Of a stretch of 27,555 nt of DNA, positions 16,996 to 27,121 are shown in pieces (position 1 is the first letter of the stretch; each line of letters starts with the position of its first letter). The position numbers were made by a program, and so were the translations under genes. The notes beneath the pieces were generated by a model. That model was not told the DNA's origin and did no database searches. It saw only the letters and a program-made list of their open reading frames with translations. This DNA is from a virus. Lineage: Duplodnaviria > Caudoviricetes. The stretch is taken from IMG/VR virus record IMGVR_UViG_3300050331_000011, positions 1 to 27,555 of that record. The stretch is one strand, 5' to 3'.

Positions 16996-17901
16996 ATGGC
17001 AATCGTAACCCCTGCGCTCATTGCGGCGCTGTTCACCGCGTTCAAGGCCGAATACCAGCGCGTGTTCGGGGAAACCCCGTCCAGCTGGGCCGATGTGGCC
17101 ACCCTGGTTCCGTCCAACACCAAGAGCAACACCTACGGCTGGCTGGGCAAGTTCCCCAAGCTGCGCGAGTGGGTGGGCGACCGCCAAGTGAAGGCCATGG
17201 CGGCCCACGGCTATTCCATCACCAACAAGAAGTATGAAGGCACGGTTGGCGTTGACCGCACCGACATGGAAGACGACCAGCTGGGCATCTACAAGCCCAT
17301 GTTCGGCGAGATGGGCCGGGAGGCCAAGACGCACCCGGACGTGCTGGTGTTCGAGCTGCTCAAGGCTGGCCTCACCACGCTCTGCTACGACGGGCAGAAC
17401 TTCTTCGACACCGACCACCCCGTGTACCCCAACGCGGACGGCACCGGCGTGCCCGTCACCGTGTCCAACTATCAGGAAGGCACCGGCGCGCCCTGGTACC
17501 TGCTGGACACCAGCCGCACTTTGAAGCCGGTCATCTTCCAGGAGCGCACCAAGCCCGAGCTGGATTCCCTCACGGACCCCAAGGACGGCTCTGTGTTCTT
17601 GCGCGACGAATACCTGTTCGGCGTGCGCTACCGCTGCAATGTGGGCTTCGGTTTCTGGCAGCTGGCCTACTGCTCCCGCGCGGAGCTTACCCCGGAGAAC
17701 TTCAACGCGGCCTACGCGGCCATGAGCAGCTTCAAGTCCGACGGGGAACGCCCCCTGGGCGTGCGGCCCACGCTGCTGGCCGGTGGCCCCACCCAGCGCA
17801 CCAAGATTCTGGAAATCACCAAGGCCACCCGCCTGGAGAACGGCAAGGACAACATCAACCAGGGCGTGGTTGACGCCCTGGTGACGCCCTGGCTGGCGTA
17901 G
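16996..17901 (+). CDS. Major capsid protein (Mu gpT)
   Basis: TYGWLGKFPKLREWVGDR, CYDGQNFFDTDHPV, GFGFWQLAY motifs. Confidence 0.95.
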   Translation: MAIVTPALIAALFTAFKAEYQRVFGETPSSWADVATLVPSNTKSNTYGWLGKFPKLREWVGDRQVKAMAAHGYSITNKKYEGTVGVDRTDMEDDQLGIYKPMFGEMGREAKTHPDVLVFELLKAGLTTLCYDGQNFFDTDHPVYPNADGTGVPVTVSNYQEGTGAPWYLLDTSRTLKPVIFQERTKPELDSLTDPKDGSVFLRDEYLFGVRYRCNVGFGFWQLAYCSRAELTPENFNAAYAAMSSFKSDGERPLGVRPTLLAGGPTQRTKILEITKATRLENGKDNINQGVVDALVTPWLA

Positions 17902-17913
17902 GGAGGCGCGTTC

Positions 17914-18318
17914 ATGGCCCGCATCATTCGCATCAAAGCCCAGCCCCACGCCTTTGGCGGTCGCTTCTGCCGCGCAGGCCTGTGCTTCGGCATCCAGCCC
18001 ACGGAGCTGGCCGAGGCCGACCTTTCCCCCGAGCAGCTGGCCGCGTTTCAGGCCGAGCCCATGCTTGTGGTGGAGATTGCCGAGGAGCTGAAGCCCACCC
18101 CGCCCCAGGCCAAGGCCGAGGCCGAGGCCAAAGCCAAGGAAGGGGCCAAGGAAGAGGGCAAGACTGCCGACACGCCTAAGGAGACGCCGCCCGCCGCCAA
18201 GGCTGCGCCGGAGGCCCCGGCCGCACCTGGTGCCGTCGCTCCGGCTTCTAACGCCAAGCCTGAAGCCAAGGCCGATGCCAAGCCCGCCAAGCCCGCCCAA
18301 AAGGAGGGCGGCAAGTAA
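17914..18318 (+). CDS. Mu gp35/HI1506-like protein with Ala/Lys/Pro-rich tail
   Basis: FCRAGLCF..LSPEQLAAFQAEPMLVV; position after the capsid gene. Confidence 0.75.
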   Translation: MARIIRIKAQPHAFGGRFCRAGLCFGIQPTELAEADLSPEQLAAFQAEPMLVVEIAEELKPTPPQAKAEAEAKAKEGAKEEGKTADTPKETPPAAKAAPEAPAAPGAVAPASNAKPEAKADAKPAKPAQKEGGK

Positions 18319-18767
18319 TGGCTTACGCCACCGTCGCCGACCTCATCGCGGCCTACGGCACGCAGGAGGTAATAGCCCTGACCGACCGCGACGAGCGGGA
18401 AAACGCCGAGGACACGGCGGGCACGGTGGATAGCACCGTCGCGCTGGAGGCTCTGGAAAGGGCCTCCAGCGAGGCGGACACTTACATTGCCGTACGCTAC
18501 GCCCTGCCGCTGGCAAGCGCGCCCCAGGCCCTTGCGGCCGTGGTGTGCGACATCGCCCGCTACCGGCTCTCCGGCGGCGAGACCACGGAAACCACGCCCA
18601 TAGCGGACCGCTACAAGGCGGCCGTGACCTGGCTCAAGGACGTGGCGGCTGGCCGGGCCGTGCTGCCTGGCGTGCCCACTGGAGCGGCGCTTGGCGAGGG
18701 CGGCGTGGAGTTCAGCATAGGCCGCCGTGTGTTCGCGCGCAGTGCGGTTCAGGAAGAGGAAGCGTGA
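18318..18767 (+). CDS. Head-tail adaptor (Mu gp36, DUF1320)
   Basis: MAYATVADL, RYALPL, CDIARYRL, RYKAAVTWLKDVAAG. Confidence 0.9.
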   Translation: MAYATVADLIAAYGTQEVIALTDRDERENAEDTAGTVDSTVALEALERASSEADTYIAVRYALPLASAPQALAAVVCDIARYRLSGGETTETTPIADRYKAAVTWLKDVAAGRAVLPGVPTGAALGEGGVEFSIGRRVFARSAVQEEEA

Positions 18768-19387
18768 TGCCCGCCGTGTCCATAAGCAACATTGAGGACG
18801 CCCTCATGGCCCGCATTGCCGGGGCCAAGCTGCCGTACCTGCGGACCCTGGCCACCTACGGCGGCGAGCTGGACGACGACCTGGCGCAGGCCATCCGCCG
18901 CTTTCCTGCGGTGTGGGTGGCCTTCCAGGCCGAGGGCGAGGGCCAGAAGCTCACCACCTCGGGCCACGTGTACCGCATCCCCGCCACGTGGGTGGTGCTG
19001 GTGGCCGCGCGCAACCTGCGGAACGAGGCCGCCACCCGCAAGGGCGACAAGGTGAACGTGGGCACCTATCAGATGCTGCTGGACCTGCGGGCGCTGTTGG
19101 CCGGGCAAGACATGGGCCTGGACATCGACAACCTGCGGCCTGGCCGCGTGCGGAGCCTGACCAACGCGCGCTTTCAGGGCCAGGGGGTCAGCGTCTACGC
19201 CCAGGAATGGCACACCAAATACGACTACCGCGTGGCCGAGCGCGGCACCGGCGCACCCGTGGACGCCAGCGGCCAGCCCGCCGTTCTGCCGGAGCTTTTG
19301 GCCCTGGGCCTCAACTACCATCTTTCGCCCGACGACGGCCAAGCCGACGCCGTGGACCTCATCACCCTGCAACAGGGCCGCCCGTAG
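18767..19387 (+). CDS. Mu gp37 (DUF1834) neck/tail-completion protein
   Basis: Start overlaps the gp36 stop; TYGGELD, FPAVWV, RNLRNEAATR. Confidence 0.85.
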   Translation: MPAVSISNIEDALMARIAGAKLPYLRTLATYGGELDDDLAQAIRRFPAVWVAFQAEGEGQKLTTSGHVYRIPATWVVLVAARNLRNEAATRKGDKVNVGTYQMLLDLRALLAGQDMGLDIDNLRPGRVRSLTNARFQGQGVSVYAQEWHTKYDYRVAERGTGAPVDASGQPAVLPELLALGLNYHLSPDDGQADAVDLITLQQGRP

Positions 19388-19410
19388 GCCCGCACGAAAA
19401 GGAGACCCTC

Positions 19411-19599
19411 ATGCTTGTCAAAGCAGCCCTCGGACTCAAGGTGCCCAAAGAGGCCAAGCCCCGCGAGTACATCACCGACGCCAAGGCCGTGGAAGTGCCG
19501 GAGAGCGTCTACTACCGGCGTTGCCTGGCCCAGGGCGACCTGGTTCTTGCCGAACAGCCCGTGAAAAAGGCCGGCGCGAAGCCGACCGCTGAGGAGTAG
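19411..19599 (+). CDS. Mu gp38 (DUF2635) small protein
   Basis: AAGGAG SD; VKAALGLKVPKE, YYRRCLAQGDLV. Confidence 0.85.
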   Translation: MLVKAALGLKVPKEAKPREYITDAKAVEVPESVYYRRCLAQGDLVLAEQPVKKAGAKPTAEE

Positions 19600-19602
19600 C
19601 CC

Positions 19603-21029
19603 ATGGCCAGCGCAAACATCCAGTTCGACGAAATCCGCGCGTCCATCAGGAAGCCGGGGAAATACTTCGAGTTCAACACAAAGCTGGCAGTTCGCACCCT
19701 GCCGACCAATGACCAGCGCGTTTTGCTCATCGGCCAGCGCCTGGCCAGCGGCTCCGTGGCGGAGCTGACCGCCGTGCAAGTCTTCAGCGACGCGGAATGC
19801 CGCCGTCAGCTTTGGCGAGGGCTCCATGCTGCACCGCATGGTGCGGGCGGCCATCAAGGCTTACCCGTACATCGACATCACCTGCATCGCCCTAGATGAT
19901 GCCGCCGCAGGAATTGCCGCCACGGCAACCGCCACCCTTACCGGCCCGGCCTCGGGCTCGGGTGTGGTCACGTTGCGCGTGGGCACGGAGCTGGTGCAGT
20001 TGGCCGTGGCCAGTGGCGACACCGCCACCGAGATCGCGGCGGCGCTGAAGGCCCAGGCCGACCAGCAGACCGACCTGCCCGTGGCCCTTGCGGCGGCGGC
20101 GGGCGTGCTCACCATCACCGCCCGGCACAAGGGTGCGCACGGCAACGGCATCAAACTGTCCCCCAGCAGCACCGCCGCAGGCGTCACCCACTGTGGCCAC
20201 GGCCATGGCAGGCGGTCAGGTGGACCCGTCCATAACCCGACCCGCTGATCTGGTGGCGGACTCTGGCCACAACCTGCTCATCACCCCGTACACCGACCAC
20301 GTGAACCTAGTGGCCCTGCGCGACCACCTGGACTTCGTGGGTGGCGCGCTTGAGCAGCGCGGGGCCTGCGGCGTGTACGCCCTGGTGGGCACCCTGGCCC
20401 AGGCCACCACCCTGGCCGGGAGCGTGAACAGCGGGCGCATCACCGGCGCGGCCATCAACGGCGTGTACCGCCTGCCCTGGGAAGTGGCTGCGGGCGCGGG
20501 GGCCGTGGTGGCCAGCGAGGAAGACCCGTCCCGGCCTTTGAACGGCTTGCCCATCAAGGGCATGGACGTGCCGGATACCGGCTTCCGCTGGACGCGCACC
20601 GAGCAGGAAGTGCTGTTGAAAAACGGCGTCATGCCCCTGGAGGTGGGGGCGGACGGCACCAGCGTGCAGATCGTGCGCGCCATCAGCACCTACACCAAGG
20701 ACGGCCAGGGCATCCAGGACGTTGACCTGCTGGACCTGACCACCATCCGCACGCTTGATTATGTGCGCAAGGCCGCGCGCACGCGCCTGGCCCTGCGCTT
20801 CCCGCGTGAGAAGTTGACCGCCCGCACCGAGGCCGCCGTGCGTGGCGAGGTGCTGGACGTGCTCTTCAAGCTGGAGGCGCTTGAAATCATCGAGAACGTG
20901 GAGGCCAATAAGGACAAGCTCATCATTGAGCGCGACCTTCAGGACGCCAACCGCCTGAACATCCGCATCCCCGTGGACGTGGTCAACGGCCTGCACATCA
21001 TCGCGGGCGTTATCGACCTGTACCTGTAA
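19603..21029 (+). CDS. Tail sheath protein (Mu gpL), split into three ORFs by extra bases near 19798 and 20188
   Basis: SIRKPGKYFEFNT N-terminus; FGEGSMLHRMV; EEDPSRPLN, IVRAISTY, LDLTTIRTLDYVRKA, DVVNGLHIIAGVIDL. Confidence 0.88.
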
Positions 21030-21059
21030 GCCAAAATTTAACGCGAACGGAGGTCAGAC

Positions 21060-21434
21060 ATGTCGCTGAAGGAATACCTGGGAGCCATCATCCTTGAGGT
21101 GGATGGCAAGGAAATTGAGATTGAGGCGTTTGATGAAGACCACAAGAGCGGCCGCAGCCTGGTCAAGACCATGAACCGCAAAGGCAGGCCCAGCGGCTAT
21201 GCCAACGGCGTGCATGAGTGGACGGTCAAGATCACCGCGCCCATTCCCAAAACCGGCGCGCCTGATTGGGACAACATCGTCGGGGCCAAGCTCACCGTGT
21301 TCCCGGTGAGCGAGGGCGGCCAACGCATCACCTTTGTGGACTGCGTGAGCTTGAGTGATTCCCGCAAATATACGGCGGACGGCGCAGCCAAGGTCGATGT
21401 GACCCTGGCCGCCATGGACCGCATCAAGGAGTAA
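21060..21434 (+). CDS. Tail tube protein
   Basis: GGAGG SD, follows the sheath, beta-rich 124 aa (EYLGAIILEVDG, VKTMN). Confidence 0.85.
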   Translation: MSLKEYLGAIILEVDGKEIEIEAFDEDHKSGRSLVKTMNRKGRPSGYANGVHEWTVKITAPIPKTGAPDWDNIVGAKLTVFPVSEGGQRITFVDCVSLSDSRKYTADGAAKVDVTLAAMDRIKE

Positions 21435-21438
21435 GCAC

Positions 21439-21765
21439 ATGACGCTGACGGAAACCGGAACCCTGAAATACGGCGTGGAAGTGGACGGCGTGCGGCACAA
21501 GGACTTTGAGCTGCGCCAGCCCACCATGGCCGACGTGGAAGATGGTCTGGAGGCGGCGGGCGAGGGCGCGTGCCAGGCCCGCGTGAACCGCCACGTCTGG
21601 GCGCGCGCCCTCACCAAGCTGGGCACCCTGCCCCAAGACAAGATCACGGCCGAGCTGCTGGGCAGCCTGCCGGACACGGAATACGGCATTCTCTCCGCCG
21701 CCGAGGAGGCCTTGCGGGAAAGCTCGCAGCCGCGAGCGCCAGCTCCGCGAAACTCCGGCTCGTAG
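21439..21765 (+). CDS. Tail assembly chaperone; a frameshifted extension probably reaches TAG 21925
   Basis: Between tube and tape measure; GTLKYGVEVDGVRHKDFELR; GGGAAAG heptamer at 21716-21722. Confidence 0.8.
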   Translation: MTLTETGTLKYGVEVDGVRHKDFELRQPTMADVEDGLEAAGEGACQARVNRHVWARALTKLGTLPQDKITAELLGSLPDTEYGILSAAEEALRESSQPRAPAPRNSGS

Positions 21766-21928
21766 AACTGGCGTTGACGCGGCACGGCTTCAGCCTGGCC
21801 GAAATCCGGGTTTCACCGCGCCGGAGGCCAGGGCCTACATCGAACTGCTGGCCGAGGCGGCCTCCGGGAAAGGCGGGGGCGGCAAGCGATACGTGAACCA
21901 ACGAATGAAAAAGAGACGCGGGTAGCCC

Positions 21929-24073
21929 ATGCCGGATATGGAAATGCAGGTCACGCTCAAGCTGCGCGACCAGTTGAGCGCAGAAAGCCGCAAGGCCCTT
22001 GAGGGTGTGCGCCAAGGCGTCCAAGCCACGGCCACCACCGTGGCGCAATCCGGCAAGGCTTCCGCCGATGCGGGCCGGGCGGCCCTGGACGCGGGCCGGG
22101 CCACGGTGCAGGTCGCCAGCCAAGCCGCCTCGGCCATCAACCAGCAGACAGCAGCCACGGACCGCGCCACCAGGTCCACCAAGGCCCTGGCCCAAGGCAC
22201 CAGCGAGGCCAAGGCCAGGGCCGAGGAAATGGCCAAGGCCTGGACCGACCTGGGCCATAAGGAGCGTAACGTCCTGGGCCTGGTGGGCAGGCTCAAGCAG
22301 GTGGATCAGTTCGCCCGCCAGGCCGAGAAGGGCCTTGCCGCCGCCGCGCGCACCGCCGGACGCCTCGGGCAGGGAGTTGCCCAGGCGGGCGCGGCCGTGG
22401 CCGCTGGCGGCTTTGTGGCCGGGCGCGCCCTGGCCAAGCCCGTGGACTACGAACACCGCCTGGCGCAGATGTCCAACACCGCCTTTGCTAAGGAGGGCGT
22501 AGCTGGCCGCCGCGCGGGCATGGGAAGGCTGGACGATGCCGTCAACGCCGCCGTGCGCCAGGGCGGCGGCACGCGCGAGGGCGCGGCCGAGGCCCTGGAC
22601 AAAATGCTGGCCAGTGGCGCCATCAAAACCGACGACGCCATGCGCCTGCTGCCTGTGCTGCAAAAGCGGGCCACTGCCAGCGGCGCTGGCTCCGGCGACC
22701 TTGCGGACATCGCCATACGCGGCATTCAGCAAGGATTCTTCAAGCCCGAACAGGTGGAGGAGGCCCTGGATAAGGGCATCGTGGCCGGGCAGATGGGCGG
22801 CTTTGAGCTGAAGGACATGGCCCGTTGGCTGCCCCAGCTCATGGCCAACGCGGCGGGCATGAAGTCCATGGCCGGGTATGAGCGCATCCTGGCCAGCGCC
22901 CAGGCCAGCGCCGTCACGGCGGGCAGCAAGGACCAGGCGGGCAACAACCTGGTCAACCTGCTGGCCAAGCTGAACAGCCAGGACACGGCCCAAGACTTCA
23001 AGAAGCTGGGCATTGACCTTTCCGGCAGCCTGGCCCACGCGCGGGAAAATGGCCAGCTGCCCCTAGACGCCTTCATTCAGTTGGTCGACACCAAAGTGGT
23101 GGGCAAGGACAAGAAGTTCCAAGCCCTCAAGGCCAAAGCGACTATGGCCCAGGGCGGCGAGAAAACTGAAGCCTTCGACGGCATGGCCGACATCCTCCAG
23201 TCCAGCGCTATCGGCAAAGTGGTGCAGGACCGCCAAGCCTTGCTGGCCCTGGTGGCCGAAATGACCCAGCGGGACTACGTGCAGCAGGTGCTGGGCGGCA
23301 TGGGCAAGGCGGGCGGCGCGGGTGAAACCGGCTACCAGGTCATTGCTGGCACCAGCGCCTTCAAGCTCCAGCAGGCGAGCAATGAAAAAGATATCGCCGC
23401 TTCGGCCGTGCTGGACAAAGTGTCCGGCCCCTTGGGCAACGTGGCCACCAAGGCCGCCGACGTGGCCCGCGAATTTCCCGGCTTGGCCACGGGGGCCTTC
23501 GCGGCGGCCACGGCCGTTTCCGCCTTGGCCGCATCGGCCGGGGCGTTTGCCGCCGGGCGGATGCTCTTCGGCGGAGGTGCCGCAGCCGGTGCCGCTGGTG
23601 CGGCCGGGGCTGGCGCTGGAGCGCTGGGGCGCGGCAAAGTGCTGGGACGTGCAGCCTCGCGCGTCGGCAGGATCGGCGGGGGGCTCCTTGCCTTGGGCTT
23701 CAGCGCCGTGGATGCCATCGGCACCGAGGCGGACGGCAATCTTACCCGCGCGCAGAAAAACGCCGCCCACGTGGGCACGGCCGGGGGCGCTGCGGGGGCA
23801 TGGACAGGTGCCGCCCTGGGCGCAAAGGCTGGTGCGACTATCGGATCGTTCTTCATGCCCGGTCTGGGCACGGCCATCGGTGGAGGGGCTGGCGCTTTGA
23901 TAGGCGGAGGCCTCGGATACATGGGCGGTTCCGAGCTGGGCAAGAAAGCCGGTGAGCTGCTGTTCGGCGGCGGGGAACAGAGGACCGTCATTGAGAGCAA
24001 GCTCATCCTTGACGGGCGCGAAGTGGCCGCTGTGGTCAACGAAGTTAACGGCCGCCAGGCGCAAAGGCACTAG
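21929..24073 (+). CDS. Tail tape measure protein
   Basis: 714 aa Ala/Gly-rich helical protein; GGFELKDMARWLPQ, AGNNLVNLLAKL; LDGREVA C-terminus. Confidence 0.9.
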   Translation: MPDMEMQVTLKLRDQLSAESRKALEGVRQGVQATATTVAQSGKASADAGRAALDAGRATVQVASQAASAINQQTAATDRATRSTKALAQGTSEAKARAEEMAKAWTDLGHKERNVLGLVGRLKQVDQFARQAEKGLAAAARTAGRLGQGVAQAGAAVAAGGFVAGRALAKPVDYEHRLAQMSNTAFAKEGVAGRRAGMGRLDDAVNAAVRQGGGTREGAAEALDKMLASGAIKTDDAMRLLPVLQKRATASGAGSGDLADIAIRGIQQGFFKPEQVEEALDKGIVAGQMGGFELKDMARWLPQLMANAAGMKSMAGYERILASAQASAVTAGSKDQAGNNLVNLLAKLNSQDTAQDFKKLGIDLSGSLAHARENGQLPLDAFIQLVDTKVVGKDKKFQALKAKATMAQGGEKTEAFDGMADILQSSAIGKVVQDRQALLALVAEMTQRDYVQQVLGGMGKAGGAGETGYQVIAGTSAFKLQQASNEKDIAASAVLDKVSGPLGNVATKAADVAREFPGLATGAFAAATAVSALAASAGAFAAGRMLFGGGAAAGAAGAAGAGAGALGRGKVLGRAASRVGRIGGGLLALGFSAVDAIGTEADGNLTRAQKNAAHVGTAGGAAGAWTGAALGAKAGATIGSFFMPGLGTAIGGGAGALIGGGLGYMGGSELGKKAGELLFGGGEQRTVIESKLILDGREVAAVVNEVNGRQAQRH

Positions 24074-24081
24074 GGGCGATT

Positions 24082-25335
24082 ATGGCTTGGAAAGACACCT
24101 TGCGTCCCGCCAGTTTCCGGGGCGTTCCCTTTGAGGTGCTGCGCACCCGCGACCATGGTGAAAAGGCCGTGGTGGAGCACGAATACCCGTACCGCGACGG
24201 CGGCGAGGTGGAGGATATGGGCCGCAAGGCCCGGCGCATCAGCATTACCGCCGTGGCGTGGGGCCCCGCTTATGAGGCTGCGCTGGAGAAGCTGGGCAAA
24301 GCCCTGGAGGAACGCGGCGCGGGCGAGCTGGTGCATCCGGTGTTCGGCCCGGTGCGCGCCCAGGTCATCAGCTGGGATATTCCGCAGGAGGCCGAGCGCC
24401 CGGACTACGCCGAGGTGGCCATGGAACTGGTGGTGGCCGGGGCGGACAACCCGTTCTTTTCCCGCGCCTGGCCCAAGGTGGACGCCAAGGCGGACAAGGC
24501 CCGCGCCGGAGCTGTGAGCGTGTTGGAGCAAGCCGTGGCCAAGAATGCGGACGCCAACGCCCTGGTGCGCTCCGGTCTGCGCAGCCTGGCGGGCCTGAAG
24601 AGCGAGGCCAGCGGCGTGCTCACCAGCGCCACCAGCATCCTTTCCGGCCCGGCATCCTGGGCGGCCGACGCGGCTAGCCTGGTGCAGGGCATTGTGGACT
24701 TGCGGTCCTTTAGTTCCGGCTCGCTGCTGCCTGACTTCCAGGGCCTTGCGACCGCGCTGACCTCGGCCATACTGCTGCCCTCATTTTCCAGCGGCTCCAG
24801 CGGTTCCGGCGGTTCCTACTCAGGCGGCTTGGGCGGCGGGCAAATCTTCTGGACCGCCCCAGTATCGGACGAGGCTACGCCGCCCATCCAAGGCCCGGAG
24901 TTGGACACCGCCGCCACCTATGTGTTGGCTGAAACAGCCCTGGGTGTGGCTGAGGCCGCGCAGATAGTGCTGGAGGCCGAGGCGCTGACCCCCACGCTTT
25001 CCCCGGCAGAAGTGGAGGCCGTGGCCAACGACTCGCGCGAGTTGCTGCAACAAAGCATCGACACCTACCGCGCCGTGTACCCGGTGGAGCAAGCCCACGC
25101 CGCGATTGAGCCCTTAAAGGACGTTGCCCTGGCCGTGCAGGAGTCCGCCGCCGCCGTGCTAGAGGCCCGCCCTCCGCTGGTCACGCACACCGTGGCCGCG
25201 CCCGCGTGCCTGCGCTTGATTGCCCACCAGCTTTACAGCGACCACACCCGCGCCCCGGAAATCCAGCGGTTAAACAGCCTGCGCGACCCCAACTTTCTAA
25301 CGTCTGGCCAGGAGCTGAAGGTCTATGCCGAGTGA
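24082..25335 (+). CDS. DNA circularisation protein (Mu gpN-like)
   Basis: LRPASFRGVPFEV, HEYPYRDG..EDMG, GELVHPVFG, LIAHQLYSDHTRA..DPNF. Confidence 0.9.
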   Translation: MAWKDTLRPASFRGVPFEVLRTRDHGEKAVVEHEYPYRDGGEVEDMGRKARRISITAVAWGPAYEAALEKLGKALEERGAGELVHPVFGPVRAQVISWDIPQEAERPDYAEVAMELVVAGADNPFFSRAWPKVDAKADKARAGAVSVLEQAVAKNADANALVRSGLRSLAGLKSEASGVLTSATSILSGPASWAADAASLVQGIVDLRSFSSGSLLPDFQGLATALTSAILLPSFSSGSSGSGGSYSGGLGGGQIFWTAPVSDEATPPIQGPELDTAATYVLAETALGVAEAAQIVLEAEALTPTLSPAEVEAVANDSRELLQQSIDTYRAVYPVEQAHAAIEPLKDVALAVQESAAAVLEARPPLVTHTVAAPACLRLIAHQLYSDHTRAPEIQRLNSLRDPNFLTSGQELKVYAE

Positions 25336-26458
25336 TGCGAACACCGACGCCCTGGGCCTGGTCATTGACGGACATGAGCACCGGGATTGGGAGAGTTTCG
25401 AGGTGGATTCGGACCTGCTCACCCCGGCGGACGGCTGGCGCGTGAGCGTCGGCCTGCCCGGCGACGAGAATGGCAGCAAGGTGCCCGCCTACGTGCGGCC
25501 CTGGGCCCCGGTGATGCTGACCCTCGCGGGCCAGGTCATCATGCGCGGCCGCATTGACACCTTGGAGTCCGACGTGGGCAAGGCGGAGCACACCCTGGCC
25601 CTTGCCGGGCGCGACCTGGCCGCCGTGCTGGTGGACTGCTCGGCCCCGGTGTTTAGTGCGCGCCAGTGCAGCCTGGACGAGATTGTGGCCAAAATGGTGC
25701 GGCCGCTCGGCATCACCAAGATACGGGTGAAGGCTGGCGTGGCCAGGCACGACAAAATTTCCGTGGACCCCGGCATGACCGCCTGGGACGCCCTTCAGCG
25801 GGTGTGCGAGCAGAACGGCTGCTGGCCGTACTTCGCGCCGGACGGCACGCTCATCATCGGCGGGCCGGACTACACCGACGCCACCAATCCAGCCGTGGGG
25901 CAGCTCATTCTGCGCGCCACCGGGCAGGAGGGCGGCAAGAGCAACAACGTGCTGCGCTTGTCCGAAATGCGCGGCGTTCAGGAGCGCTACAGCCAGGTCA
26001 CGGTGCTGGGGCAGGCTCACGGCACCGAGCATACGGCCGGGGAGCACAACATCCGCGCCACGGCCAAAGACAGCGCGGCGGACTTCAACCGGCCCAAGAT
26101 CGTGGTGGAGGCCGATTGCGACAGCACCGGCCACGCCCAACGTAGGGCTCGCAAGATCGTGGCGGACGGCAAGCTGGCCGCCTACGGCATACGGGCCACG
26201 GTGCGCGGCTTCCGCGTGCTGGGCGCGGCTGGCTCTCCCCTGTGGACGCCTGGCCAGCGGGTGCGTGTTCTCTCCGAGCCGCACAACGTGGACGGGGTGT
26301 TCTATCTCATGCGCCGCACCTTCCTGTGCAGCCGTGGCCAGGGCAGGATCACGGAGCTGACCCTCAAGCCGGACGCCCTGTGGCAGCCGGACGTGGGCCA
26401 TCACAAGCGGCACAAGTTCAAGGCCAAGGCCGGTGCCGGGGAGATCGTTGATTTATGA
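25325..26458 (+). CDS. Baseplate hub protein (Mu gpP/gp44)
   Basis: DSDLLTPADGW, GRDLAAVLVDCSAP, ERYSQVTVLGQ, WTPGQRV. Confidence 0.9.
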   Translation: MPSDANTDALGLVIDGHEHRDWESFEVDSDLLTPADGWRVSVGLPGDENGSKVPAYVRPWAPVMLTLAGQVIMRGRIDTLESDVGKAEHTLALAGRDLAAVLVDCSAPVFSARQCSLDEIVAKMVRPLGITKIRVKAGVARHDKISVDPGMTAWDALQRVCEQNGCWPYFAPDGTLIIGGPDYTDATNPAVGQLILRATGQEGGKSNNVLRLSEMRGVQERYSQVTVLGQAHGTEHTAGEHNIRATAKDSAADFNRPKIVVEADCDSTGHAQRRARKIVADGKLAAYGIRATVRGFRVLGAAGSPLWTPGQRVRVLSEPHNVDGVFYLMRRTFLCSRGQGRITELTLKPDALWQPDVGHHKRHKFKAKAGAGEIVDL

Positions 26459-27030
26459 TTCGTGACGTGATGCGCTATGTGGAGCGGCGGCTGGCGGGCA
26501 TGCGCCTGGCGTACCGCGCCAAGCTCTCCGCCCTGGGCAAGGGCGCGGCGGTGCAGTTGGCCCAGGCCGAGGCCTTGGCGGGCGAGCGCCTGCAAGCCGC
26601 AGAACTGTTCCAGCACTTCGGCTTTACCAGCGCGCCGCCGCCGGGCACGCAGCTGATTGTGCTGCCCCTGGGCGGCAGCACCGCGCACAGCGTCATCATC
26701 GCCACGGAGAACGGCGCGTACCGGGTGGACGTGGAGAGCGGCGAGGCGTGCATCTACAGCATGTGGGGCGACAAGGTGCACTTGAAGCAGGAGCGCATCG
26801 AGGTGGAGACGAAAACGCTGCACGTGAAGGCCAGTGAGCAGGTGGTGTTTGAGACTCCATCCATCACCATGCAGGGCACGGGCGGCGGCGCGGCAGCGGC
26901 CACCATGACGGGCAGCCTGCACACCACGGGCGCTATCACTTCCGACGGCGACCACGTGGCGGGCGGCGTCTCCCTTGAGCATCACACCCACCCCGGCTGC
27001 CAGGGAGGCAGCACGGGGGAGGCGAGATAA
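26455..27030 (+). CDS. Baseplate spike protein (Mu gp45 / gpV-like)
   Basis: ELFQHFGFTSAPP, C-terminal SLEHHTH metal-binding apex motif. Confidence 0.9.
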   Translation: MIRDVMRYVERRLAGMRLAYRAKLSALGKGAAVQLAQAEALAGERLQAAELFQHFGFTSAPPPGTQLIVLPLGGSTAHSVIIATENGAYRVDVESGEACIYSMWGDKVHLKQERIEVETKTLHVKASEQVVFETPSITMQGTGGGAAAATMTGSLHTTGAITSDGDHVAGGVSLEHHTHPGCQGGSTGEAR

Positions 27031-27046
27031 ACGGTTACACAGGCGA

Positions 27047-27121
27047 CTACATGTCCAGGATGTCGTGGATAATGATGAGCACCTGGTGCAGCACGCGCAA
27101 GAAATTCAGGATTGTTTTCAT
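27047..27121 (-). CDS. 24-aa amphipathic peptide (MKTILNFLRVLHQVLIIIHDILDM)
   Basis: Strong SD AGAAGGAGGG upstream of the ATG on the minus strand; lies in an AT-richer intergenic gap. Confidence 0.55.
   Translation of the reverse strand: MKTILNFLRVLHQVLIIIHDILDM

Noticed and set aside
18090-18318. Ala/Lys/Pro/Glu repeats in the gp35-like C-terminus
   Set aside because: Ordinary low-complexity protein tail, not a DNA repeat element
13100-24070. Long minus-strand ORFs (e.g. 13100-14788, 16669-18300, 21644-23038, 23063-24070)
   Set aside because: Antisense shadows of high-GC genes with recognisable + strand products
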